Both the position numbers and the translations under genes were made by a program. From IMG/VR virus record IMGVR_UViG_3300026737_000001: a stretch of DNA of 40,273 nucleotides, one strand, 5' to 3'. Shown piece by piece: positions 17,361 to 25,567 of the stretch (position 1 is its first letter; each line of letters opens with the position of its first letter). Source of the stretch: a virus (lineage: Duplodnaviria; Heunggongvirae; Uroviricota; Caudoviricetes). Below the pieces are notes generated by a model. The model made no database searches. It saw only the letters and a list, made by a program, of their open reading frames with translations, and was not told the DNA's origin.

Positions 17361-18164
17361 TTAAACAACCTCCGCTTCTTTTTCGATATTTTCGATACGT
17401 TCTAAGAATTCATTTGTAAAGTCCTCAAAGTCAACGGCAGCAATTGCGGTATCATCATATTCTAAAAGCGGCTCACCAGCACCCTGAGAACGGTGGACAG
17501 CAACACTTCTCCTGATTGATGTTTTAAAGATAGAATCAGCAATGCTTTCAAACCCCTCCCTAAAAGACTCCTCTAAATTCTCCCTTTTTGAAACCATTAA
17601 GAACACAAGTCCTAAAATTTTTAGCTTATCATTAATAGACTGCACATCTCTAATAACCTCAATTAAACCATTTAAACCTTCGGCAGAAAAGGCTGAAGCC
17701 TCAAGCGGGATTAAAACATAGTCACTAACAGCCATCGAATTAACGGCCAATACTCCTAAACTCGGATTGTTATCAATAAAGATAAAATCATAAGTTGATA
17801 ATTTACTTCCTCCATCACGAACCATGGATTTAGCCAGAGCAAACTCTCTACCTATGCCTTTTGAGTTTAGTTTCACAATAAGTTCTTTTAACTCTTTGTC
17901 GGCAGGAACCAAATCTAAGTTTTCAAACTCAGTCTCATAGATTACATCACTTATATCCTTATCACTTTTAATAACCTCGTACAGATTGGGGCTCACAGTA
18001 TCGTAGAATCCAAGCCCAGTTGTTGAGTTAGCCTGTGGGTCAAAGTCAATAAGAAGTACCTTTTTACCCCTGTTAGCAAGCCCGTAAGCTAAGTTAATAG
18101 TAGTAGTAGTCTTTCCAACTCCACCCTTTTCATTGCAGATTGAAATTATCCTAGTGCGATTCAT
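17361..18164 (-). CDS. parA: ParA/Soj family partitioning ATPase
   Basis: Deviant Walker A KGGVGKTT, LLIDFDPQAN, FIFIDNNP. Confidence 0.95.
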   Translation of the reverse strand: MNRTRIISICNEKGGVGKTTTTINLAYGLANRGKKVLLIDFDPQANSTTGLGFYDTVSPNLYEVIKSDKDISDVIYETEFENLDLVPADKELKELIVKLNSKGIGREFALAKSMVRDGGSKLSTYDFIFIDNNPSLGVLAVNSMAVSDYVLIPLEASAFSAEGLNGLIEVIRDVQSINDKLKILGLVFLMVSKRENLEESFREGFESIADSIFKTSIRRSVAVHRSQGAGEPLLEYDDTAIAAVDFEDFTNEFLERIENIEKEAEVV

Positions 18165-18202
18165 ATTCTTATATTCACCCCTTTTTAGTTTTCTTTGACC
18201 TT

Positions 18203-18231
18203 ATATTACCATATTTTTAGTTTGCAAGCAA
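18203..18231 (-). promoter_or_regulatory. parA promoter
   Basis: TTGCTT-17 nt-TAATAT with an extended TG. Confidence 0.6.
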
Positions 18232-18244
18232 CCTTTATTTTTAT

Positions 18245-19053
18245 AATCTTAACTTCATAACTTCACACCTTCCTTACTTCACAACCCTGTCTATCACGAA
18301 AAAGAACTTTTGTTATTGTAATGACGCGATGACGCGATGACGCGATGACGGCGTTGTTTCTAATTTTAATTTAAATTAACTCACCTCACAGCTATTCTTA
18401 ACTTCAGAGTATATATGATAATTTATTTAGCATGAAGTTAATTTTAAGTGTGAGAAGTGTGAGAAACTGCCAAAAACCCTGTTACTTCAGTCATCTAAAG
18501 CTCACAGTTGAGTGTGAGAAATAACAGTTAAGCGTGAGGTTTTAGTTATTAAATCTTAAAATCGTCTATCATGACAAAAAACTTTGTGACGGTGATGACG
18601 GTGATGACGGTGCTTTAGCATTAAAAGGTCAGACATACTTTTTCGTGATGGAGGGTTTTAGGTTTTAAATGCAAAAACCTTACTTTTAAGAGTAAGAATC
18701 TTACTCTTTGCGGTAAGACGTCTCCTTACTGTCATGACAGAGCTTATAGCCAAAACCTTACCGACCTTACCGTTTTTTTAGATACCAGCCAGTTATTATG
18801 ATATATATTATAAACATTTAAATTTGCGGTAAGATTAGTAAGAAAATAGCTCTCCCGCCCGCTATTTATGGAATGAGCCACCTTACTAGAGGATGAGCAG
18901 TAAAGTAAGGTTAAAGTAAGGCTTATAATTTAAAATCAAATATAATGCCGTCATCGCGTCATTGCGTCATTAGAAAATATAAAATCCACCGTCACAAGCG
19001 TCATCACCGTCATATAATCTTAAATTCACAGGAAGGTGTGAAGTTTGTAAGTT
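18245..19053. repeat. repeat-dense intergenic block: candidate replication origin and/or centromere
   Basis: TGACG, GTGAG, GTAAG and TGAAGT repeat families in both orientations; 16-bp perfect IR at 18259-18274 / 19030-19045; lies at the coding-strand switch. Confidence 0.75.
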
Positions 19054-19266
19054 TAAAACCTTTGTACCCACTATTAATATTTATTGTAGGTACAAAACGA
19101 ATTGGGTGTGAATATAGCAATATAGGAGCGTAAAGCGGCATTAAGGCTTGGTATCTAGGGTCATTGCCATATTTTATTAACATGAACCTGCAACAAATGG
19201 GGTGTTTTTCTATACTCGTAGTATTGAAGGCGGTAAAAAACGCCCAAAAAAATAACAAAAAAATAT

Positions 19267-19341
19267 GGCTAGGGTAGCTCCCGAAAAGCAGTATCCTGAC
19301 TGCCTGCCTTATTTATACATCAGGAAATCACATTACAGGAG
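19267..19341 (+). promoter_or_regulatory. structured leader with an anti-SD loop, upstream of an endonuclease gene (copy 1)
   Basis: Three-way junction; loop TCCTGA is complementary to TCAGGA (19320) and to the SD CAGGAG (19336). Confidence 0.6.
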
Positions 19342-19350
19342 ATGTTAAAT

Positions 19351-20058
19351 ATGGAATACTATTTTGAGCCCACAGAAGATTTCTTAAGGCAGGCTTATGA
19401 AGTTGATGGTTTATCACAAAAGTCTATCGGCAAGATGTGCGGAATGAGACAAACAGATATTAGTAAAAAACTAAAAGAGTTTGGCATTGATACTAATTTT
19501 ACTGACTGGACAGATGAAAAGATAAGAGAATTCTGCAAAAATGAAAGACCCGAATACGAACTTGTATCTGGGCCTGAAGATGGTTCTAAAGGTATTGCAT
19601 ATAAATACACATTCAAATATAACGGAGATTTTATATCCAGTAATTATAATAGGAAATTTGAAGTTAGACTTGAAAATTTTCTTTATCAAGGAACTGGTCA
19701 CCCAATGTTAAATGCATCAAGTGGCGAAAGGAAGATATATAAAAAACTTTCTGATGCCAAATATGATTTTGAAAAAGAATTTGTTTTCGAAGACTGCATA
19801 GGTAAAAAAGATAAAAAACTCAGATTTGATTTTGCAGTTTTCATTAACGACGAAGATATTAAAATGATAGAGTATGATGGAAAACAACACTTTGAACCAA
19901 TTGAATGCTGGGGCGGAGATGAAAGACTAAATATTACACAAAATAACGATAAAATAAAAGATAAATACTGTAAAGAAAATAATATAGACTTGCTCAGAAT
20001 TCCATACTGGGATTTTGATAACATAGATGTTTTAATAGATGATTTTATTAAAGTTTAA
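19351..20058 (+). CDS. free-standing homing-endonuclease-like protein (HTH + Vsr/DUF559-like PD-(D/E)XK domain)
   Basis: SSGE..I...LRFDF...IEYDGKQH...D..KD.YC..NNI.LLRIPYW. Confidence 0.85.
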   Translation: MEYYFEPTEDFLRQAYEVDGLSQKSIGKMCGMRQTDISKKLKEFGIDTNFTDWTDEKIREFCKNERPEYELVSGPEDGSKGIAYKYTFKYNGDFISSNYNRKFEVRLENFLYQGTGHPMLNASSGERKIYKKLSDAKYDFEKEFVFEDCIGKKDKKLRFDFAVFINDEDIKMIEYDGKQHFEPIECWGGDERLNITQNNDKIKDKYCKENNIDLLRIPYWDFDNIDVLIDDFIKV

Positions 20059-20099
20059 AAAAGATTTAGGGGGCAAAACTAAATAAAAAAGCTATAATT

Positions 20100-20128
20100 A
20101 AGGTCCGCGGCATTGGCGTGACCTTTTT
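20100..20128 (+). terminator. intrinsic terminator
   Basis: AAGGTC-CGC/GCG-T-GACCTT followed by a T-run. Confidence 0.6.
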
Positions 20129-20322
20129 CTACGGCTACCTTGTTTAGTAAAGTTAATCAAACTAAACCGACTTCACCTTTCACCTTTAAAACTCGGTTTG
20201 ATTTTCAAAATTAAAATGCTGAAATATCAATTCTTGCCCCCTTATGCTTTTGAATATATATTGTTAAATTACTATGAAGGTAAGAATAAAAGAAGCAAAA
20301 AAGTAAGACAGGGGGATTAAAA

Positions 20323-21237
20323 ATGAGTTTAAGTTTGAAATTTGAAATCGGTGATGAGGTTCTATTAAAAGGAGAAAAGACTAAGACATTCGGTTCTAGC
20401 TTAAATGAACCAGGCAAGGTAATAAAGATTTCGAAAGATAAAAGCGGAGTTCAAATTACTGCTGAGTACAGAAGAGAAGATGCTGGAGATTATGGTTACC
20501 AAACACACACAGTGACCATGGCTGAGGATTTTTTCTTAAAAGCTGATGAGTATCGATTCGAAGATGGTGTCTGGTTAAAGAAGGAAGATTCTAATTTAAA
20601 GACACATGTTTTATTTATACTCGATAAATCAGGTTCAATGACATCAATTGAAAAAGAAGCTCGTGATGCATTCAATGAGCAGTTAGAAACAATAAACGAA
20701 AAAGAAAAGAATGCGAAAGTTACCTTTACTACATTTAATAACAATATACATGTTGAATTTGTAGAAAAGGATGCAAGAGAAGTTAAACCAAGAAATAAAC
20801 TCAATTATCAGCCAGGTGGAACAACAGCTATGCTTGATGCAGTAGGGCACACATTAGATTTAGTTAACAAAAGAGATTTTGATGATGGGTTTAAACACAG
20901 ATTTTTAGTAATAATTATCTCAGACGGTAATGAGAACTGTTCTTTAGATTACACTTTTGAGGATATAAGAAAAAAGATAGATGGATTAAAGGAAGAAGGA
21001 AATTGGACCTTCACTTATATGGGAGCGAATCAAAACCTTGATGAGCTTTCAGATATGATTGCGATTCCTAAAGATAATATGCTTGAGTTTGAAGCTACAA
21101 GTGCTGGCATGAGAAGTGCAAGTCAAACCATGAATGTAAAAACTATGGCATATTACGACAGCAACAATCTTAGTACTGATTCTCTTTTTGATGAAGATGA
21201 GGACGGCTACAGGTTAAAGGTTGATATGAATGTTTGA
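20323..21237 (+). CDS. von Willebrand factor A domain protein with an N-terminal SH3-like domain
   Basis: MIDAS motif FILDKSGSM, PGGTTAMLDAVG, IISDGNEN, FTYMGAN. Confidence 0.9.
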   Translation: MSLSLKFEIGDEVLLKGEKTKTFGSSLNEPGKVIKISKDKSGVQITAEYRREDAGDYGYQTHTVTMAEDFFLKADEYRFEDGVWLKKEDSNLKTHVLFILDKSGSMTSIEKEARDAFNEQLETINEKEKNAKVTFTTFNNNIHVEFVEKDAREVKPRNKLNYQPGGTTAMLDAVGHTLDLVNKRDFDDGFKHRFLVIIISDGNENCSLDYTFEDIRKKIDGLKEEGNWTFTYMGANQNLDELSDMIAIPKDNMLEFEATSAGMRSASQTMNVKTMAYYDSNNLSTDSLFDEDEDGYRLKVDMNV

Positions 21238-21300
21238 AACTAGGAAGTTTTGAAGTTTGTAATTTAGGAATAAAGCTTCAGATGTTTTTTGGAAGTAGAC

Positions 21301-21345
21301 AAGACCATAGGGCGGTGAGGGTATGAGCCCTCAGCCTTTGGTCTT
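21301..21345 (+). terminator. hairpin downstream of the vWA gene
   Basis: AAGACCA..AGGGC..TGAGGG / CCCTCA GCCTT TGGTCTT. Confidence 0.5.
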
Positions 21346-21449
21346 ATTTAAAAAAGACTCTATTAATCGTGATGGATAAGAACTTAAGAATTTAAGAATT
21401 TTAAAATTAAACATTATAAGAATATAACAATATAAGAAGGTGGAAAGCT

Positions 21450-21563
21450 ATGATTAAAAGAATCAAGGAATTTTTATTGGCCGGCAGTGATTACCACGAC
21501 AGAGTGGAAGAAGCAAAAGAAGACAGTTTAAGAAAAGCGTTCAGGTTCGGATATTTCCAATAA
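21450..21563 (+). CDS. 37-aa small protein
   Basis: AAGGTGG RBS; read by hand. Confidence 0.45.
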   Translation: MIKRIKEFLLAGSDYHDRVEEAKEDSLRKAFRFGYFQ

Positions 21564-21592
21564 GTTTATAAGACTATAAGGAGGAATAAAAA

Positions 21593-21682
21593 ATGAGAAA
21601 AGTAATTTGTGAAGATTGTGGAGCAGAGAACAGGCATAATGTAGACCATTTCTGCAGAAAGTGTAGTAACGATTTGATTTAG
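21593..21682 (+). CDS. 29-aa zinc-ribbon microprotein (MRKVICEDCG...FCRKC)
   Basis: AGGAGG RBS; two CxxC motifs. Confidence 0.65.
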   Translation: MRKVICEDCGAENRHNVDHFCRKCSNDLI

Positions 21683-21688
21683 ATAGCG

Positions 21689-21763
21689 GGCGGGAAGGAT
21701 GCTGGCTTCCAAGAAGGGTTCATATCCCTTTTAACGCGGGTTCGATTCCCGCTCCCGCTTCCA
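21689..21763 (+). tRNA. tRNA-Met(CAT), initiator-like anticodon stem
   Basis: AAGGG-TTCATAT-CCCTT, GCGGG-TTCGATT-CCCGC, CCA end; D arm irregular. Confidence 0.8.
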
Positions 21764-21771
21764 ATAAATAC

Positions 21772-21847
21772 TGTAGCATAGCTCAACTGGTAGAGCAGAT
21801 GACTGTTAATCATCAGGTTGTAGGTTCGATTCCTTTTGTTAGCTCCA
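21772..21847 (+). tRNA. tRNA-Asn(GTT) copy 1, mispaired acceptor and T stems
   Basis: Canonical D and anticodon arms and CCA; the 3' strand fits the 5' strand poorly. Confidence 0.7.
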
Positions 21848-21852
21848 ATTAT

Positions 21853-21927
21853 GGAGGTATGGTGTAACGGTTAGCACGTGTGCTTGTCAAGCATAGAGTA
21901 AGAGTTCGATTCTCTTTATCTCCGCCA
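21853..21927 (+). tRNA. tRNA-Asp(GTC)
   Basis: Full cloverleaf GGAGGTA/TATCTCC, G73, CCA. Confidence 0.9.
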
Positions 21928-21936
21928 AAATTTTAA

Positions 21937-22013
21937 GAGGCTATAGTGGAAATAGTTAACACATCAGGTTTTCATCCTGAAGACTCTCGGTGCGAGTCCG
22001 GGTAGCCTTGCCA
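21937..22013 (+). tRNA. tRNA-Glu(TTC)
   Basis: GAGGCTA/TAGCCTT, TCAGG-TTTTCAT-CCTGA, variant T loop TGCGAGT, CCA. Confidence 0.8.
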
Positions 22014-22017
22014 ATTT

Positions 22018-22092
22018 TGTCTTGTAGCTCAGCGGTAGAGCAGCTCACTGTTAATGAGAAGGTCGTTAGTTCGAGACCTGCTGCTACAGCCA
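22018..22092 (+). tRNA. tRNA-Asn(GTT) copy 2, mispaired acceptor and T stems
   Basis: D arm GCTC/GAGC, CTGTTAA loop, GCCA end; stems mismatch in cis. Confidence 0.65.
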
Positions 22093-22096
22093 ATAT

Positions 22097-22171
22097 GGGG
22101 AGATAACTCAGTAGGTAGAGTGGGGGTGTGAAGTACCTCAAGCAAAGGTTCAATTCCTTTTCTTCCCACCA
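22097..22171 (+). tRNA. tRNA-Phe(GAA)
   Basis: GGGGAGA/TCTTCCC, GGGGT-GTGAAGT-ACCTC, CCA. Confidence 0.85.
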
Positions 22172-22232
22172 TAAGTTTGCACCCGAGGGCAACGGATGCA
22201 TAAAACAGAGAATATTGTCCATTCGTATTTTT

Positions 22233-23003
22233 GGAAGGGTGGCCGAGTTATGATTTCGAGCAAAAGCTTAGAAGAACTATACAGCGAAATAGAGATTATT
22301 AATAATTCCAAAAGAAAATGCCCTGTTTGTGGGCTTATAACTTCTAAATATGGTATTAAAAATCACATTAGGTTAAAGCATACAAACAAAGGTCAGGAAT
22401 ATTGCAAAAACAAGAATTCGTTAAGTAATAGAGGGTGGAAAAAAGGATTAACAAAAGAAACTGATAAAAGAGTAGCTAAAAATGCTAAAGCTGTAAGTAA
22501 GGCAATTAAAGGAGAAAATCACCCATTTTACAACAAAAAACACTCTGAAAAGTCTAAGAAAAAAATGAGCAAATCTATGAAAAAAGCCCACGAAGAAGGA
22601 AGGGCTGGTAGTTGGTTAGACTCTAGGGACAAAAATAATGTGTCATATCCAGAAAAATTTTTTAAAAGAGTAATAAAAAATAATTTTGAAGATAAAAAAT
22701 ATAATTATGAATATAGATTTGGCAAATTTAGTATAGACTTTGCCTGGGTTCATAAAAAGTTAGCCATTGAAATTGATGGTTCACAGCACGAAAGGTTCAA
22801 AGAACAAATAAGAAGAGATAAAGAAAAGGATAAGTTATTAAAAAAGAATGGCTGGGAAATATTAAGGATAAAATGGAAAGATATGTTTGAGAACCCCAAA
22901 AAATATATTAATATATCCAAAGATTTTGTGGATAATTATTTTGAATTGCAAGATGACTAATATCCCAAAGGGTTCGGAGGTTCAAATCCTCCTCCTCCCA
23001 CCA
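22233..23003 (+). pseudogene. class II (Tyr-like) tRNA interrupted by an endonuclease gene
   Basis: 5' piece GGAAGGGTGGCCGAGT (22233-22248); 3' piece TCCCAAAGGGTTC-GGAGG-TTCAAAT-CCTCC-TCCTCCC-A-CCA (22963-23003); anticodon arm missing. Confidence 0.75.
22250..22960 (+). CDS. homing-endonuclease-like protein: C2H2 finger + NUMOD3 + DUF559/Vsr-like nuclease
   Basis: CPVC...HIRLKH; GENHPFYNKKHSEKSKKKMS; SYPE...IDFAW...AIEIDGSQH...RDKEKD..L...GWEILRI. Confidence 0.88.
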   Translation: MISSKSLEELYSEIEIINNSKRKCPVCGLITSKYGIKNHIRLKHTNKGQEYCKNKNSLSNRGWKKGLTKETDKRVAKNAKAVSKAIKGENHPFYNKKHSEKSKKKMSKSMKKAHEEGRAGSWLDSRDKNNVSYPEKFFKRVIKNNFEDKKYNYEYRFGKFSIDFAWVHKKLAIEIDGSQHERFKEQIRRDKEKDKLLKKNGWEILRIKWKDMFENPKKYINISKDFVDNYFELQDD

Positions 23004-23274
23004 AAAGTAAAAGAGTAGAAATTTAATTACGGCAGAGTAGAAGCGTAACTAGTAACCGCCAGTCTTTATAAAAGGACGGTGGTAATTTTGATTAATCTAT
23101 CAAAAATAATTAAATCTTTTAAAAGAAGCAAGAAAGAAGATATTTCAAAAGATTACGGTTCTAATTATAGTTACCCAAGCACAAGCAAGGGTATTTCAGA
23201 GAGTTTATCTGCTATGGAGCAAATAGAATTGTACAGAATGTTTTAAAGATAAAGAGGATAAGTGGTGATTTATA

Positions 23275-23889
23275 ATGTTAAAACCAAATACTGATATTAG
23301 GATTCCAAGAAATGAGACTGAAAAACACTTCCTACTAAAACATGTAGCATTATCACTGCTTAAAACTAAGTTTAGCTCAAAATTTGCCGGAACAGAAGTT
23401 GAGCTTGGGCTTTTTTACAACACAGAGCTCAGAGAAAAATACAGAGATTTTAAGTGGAAGAAAAAAGTTGCTGATGCAGTTGGTATCCAAAGAAAATACA
23501 TCAAAGAAACCAAAGATTATGAGTTTATAGTCAGAAATATCGAAGCAAAGATGACATTTGCTGACTTGGAGAATGGGTACTGCACTTCAGGAGATTTAAA
23601 TTACATTATAACTACTAAGGATTCTCCTATAAAAGAAAGTGATGTACTTCCGTTTATGGGCTATATAGAAGTTGACCTTGATAATTTAAAGTGGGAAAAC
23701 GGATTTGTAGCAATAGATGGGGTTGAAATTATAAGAGAACCCAAAAGAATAAATTTTAGAAGGAAGAAAAGAGAGGCCTGGCTTGAAGTTGTAAGGGACC
23801 ATATGCTTCAGGATTATACAAACGATGCCGCATTTAGAGGGGTGTGGTTTTATCCGGGATTCGAATACAAAAAACAAAGGGGTTATTAA
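23275..23889 (+). CDS. PD-(D/E)XK nuclease-like protein (MmcB-like)
   Basis: TEV...ADAVG...IEAK.T.AD...NYII. Confidence 0.6.
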   Translation: MLKPNTDIRIPRNETEKHFLLKHVALSLLKTKFSSKFAGTEVELGLFYNTELREKYRDFKWKKKVADAVGIQRKYIKETKDYEFIVRNIEAKMTFADLENGYCTSGDLNYIITTKDSPIKESDVLPFMGYIEVDLDNLKWENGFVAIDGVEIIREPKRINFRRKKREAWLEVVRDHMLQDYTNDAAFRGVWFYPGFEYKKQRGY

Positions 23890-23891
23890 TA

Positions 23892-24569
23892 GTGGGGGCA
23901 CAGTATGGAATAGATTTAAGTTTAGACAACCAATTTAGCAGATATTTAGATGAGAACTTTTATAGTATGGTGGCAAGTTCATATCAAAGAGTATTTGACA
24001 GAGATAAACAGCTAGCAGGAATTGATACAATTGCCACCTTTAAATTTCAGGATGGCTCTTTTTATGAAAATATTAAGATTGACGAGAAGATACAGTCACA
24101 TTATATAGATAAGAACTTACAGACCAATGCTTTTGAGATAAGTTTTTTCCATCAGAGATTAGACAAAAGAGTTGGTGGTTGGTTTGTTGATGAGGAGCTT
24201 GAAACAGAATTCTATTTTGTGATATTCCCTTTTTCGAAAGAGGGAAAAGGTTGGCATAGAGGTAAAATAAACAAATTTAGAACAAAAAATATAGCCCAGC
24301 TTGACATCTTAATGATTGATAAAAGGAAGCTGTTAAATAAATTAAACGATTTAGGATACACAAAAGAGCGAATGATTTCGGATACAAAAAATATTGTAGA
24401 CAAAAACATTGGTGGCAGGTCAAAGCAGGGCCACAAACATTTTGACTACTGCTATTCTGAAAGCCTGCCGGAAAAGCCGGTCTGCCTTTTAATAGGTAAG
24501 GACCTACTAAGAGAGGTAGCAGATAAAAGGTTTTTTGTTTATCCGGATATAGTAAGAGCTATTAAGTAG
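23892..24569 (+). CDS. restriction-endonuclease-like PD-(D/E)XK protein (GTG start)
   Basis: KQLAGID...IDEK...FEI...GWF pattern. Confidence 0.55.
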   Translation: MGAQYGIDLSLDNQFSRYLDENFYSMVASSYQRVFDRDKQLAGIDTIATFKFQDGSFYENIKIDEKIQSHYIDKNLQTNAFEISFFHQRLDKRVGGWFVDEELETEFYFVIFPFSKEGKGWHRGKINKFRTKNIAQLDILMIDKRKLLNKLNDLGYTKERMISDTKNIVDKNIGGRSKQGHKHFDYCYSESLPEKPVCLLIGKDLLREVADKRFFVYPDIVRAIK

Positions 24570-24585
24570 AAACGGGGGTGTTTTT

Positions 24586-25275
24586 ATGGCTAATACAGGC
24601 CAAACAGGGCCTTTCACTAAACAGGGCAAAGCAATTTGTGCTAAGAATTTGCCAAAAGATGTTTGGGATATGTCGCCAGAAGGAAGAAAAGCAAAAAAAA
24701 TATCAGACCAAATGGTCAATTTAAAACATGGATTGTATGCCAACGTGCCAATCAGGTGCAAAGGTCAGGACTGCCCATATGCTGATGTATGTCATCTAGC
24801 AAAAAACGGCAATGCTCCTTATAAAGACCCGTGTCCTATAGAAATCTCAACTATAGAAGACCTTGTAAAAAGATACATGGTTGAATTTGAGGTTGAGGAA
24901 AAGGATATGGTAGATATCACAATGATTAGAAATTTAGTTGACTTGGATATATCACTTTTAAGATGTAATAAAAAATTAGCTAAGGATGCTGAGATTGTAC
25001 AGGATATAATTATCGGGCTTACCGAAGAAGGTCAGCCTATAAGACAGCCTCAGATAAACAAAGCTTATGAACTGCAGAGCAGACTATTAAAAAGAAGACA
25101 GGACACATTAAAGCTTCTGCAGGGTACAAGAAAAGATAAGGCTGAAGCTGGAAGGGCTAATAACCTTGACCCAAGCTCAGTTATTTCTGATATGAGAGCA
25201 CAACTGGATAAATTTAAACAGGAAAAAGAAAACACTATAGATGTAACAAATGAAGCTGAAATAGAGGAGGAATAA
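24586..25275 (+). CDS. probable terminase small subunit
   Basis: NLKHGLYA motif, helical and coiled C-terminus, position upstream of terL. Confidence 0.5.
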   Translation: MANTGQTGPFTKQGKAICAKNLPKDVWDMSPEGRKAKKISDQMVNLKHGLYANVPIRCKGQDCPYADVCHLAKNGNAPYKDPCPIEISTIEDLVKRYMVEFEVEEKDMVDITMIRNLVDLDISLLRCNKKLAKDAEIVQDIIIGLTEEGQPIRQPQINKAYELQSRLLKRRQDTLKLLQGTRKDKAEAGRANNLDPSSVISDMRAQLDKFKQEKENTIDVTNEAEIEEE

Positions 25276-25277
25276 AG

Positions 25278-25553
25278 ATGGGTCTTATTAATGGTTTCAG
25301 AAGAGGAGTTGGCGAAGTTGCAGACTTTTACAGAAGAACTGGCTCTGAATTACTTGAAAATGGGCTTACAGGAGCCAGAAAGCAGATGAGTAAAAGCTGG
25401 AAAGGTGGTCTTGTAAAACAGTCTGGTGGCATAAAAACTTTTGCTCCAGGAATGTCTAAAACAGGTAAAGCAATGACTGCTGCTGCTGGTTATCAGGGTT
25501 ACAGAAAAGTAAGAGACCCTGGCCATAATGTTCCTTTAGTTCCTTTCTTATAG
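25278..25553 (+). CDS. Gly-rich small protein
   Basis: GAGGAGG RBS; packed operon. Confidence 0.7.
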   Translation: MGLINGFRRGVGEVADFYRRTGSELLENGLTGARKQMSKSWKGGLVKQSGGIKTFAPGMSKTGKAMTAAAGYQGYRKVRDPGHNVPLVPFL

Positions 25554-25567
25554 GGAGGCTGATTTAA

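Noticed and set aside
18945-19258. ORFs 18945..19133 and 19010..19258
   Set aside because: Translations of repeat-rich intergenic DNA with no RBS.
19267-19308. Hammerhead ribozyme
   Set aside because: It has a three-way junction with GAAA but lacks the CUGAUGA core; the same holds for 26432-26483.
22176-22206. Extra tRNA between tRNA-Phe and the split tRNA
   Set aside because: Only one imperfect hairpin (TGCACCCG/CGGATGCA); no cloverleaf.
22927-22935. DnaA box TGTGGATAA
   Set aside because: Isolated and inside a coding sequence; probably chance.
22233-23003. Group I intron in the tRNA anticodon loop
   Set aside because: The ORF fills the whole gap and the anticodon arm is absent, so no exon junction restores a cloverleaf.
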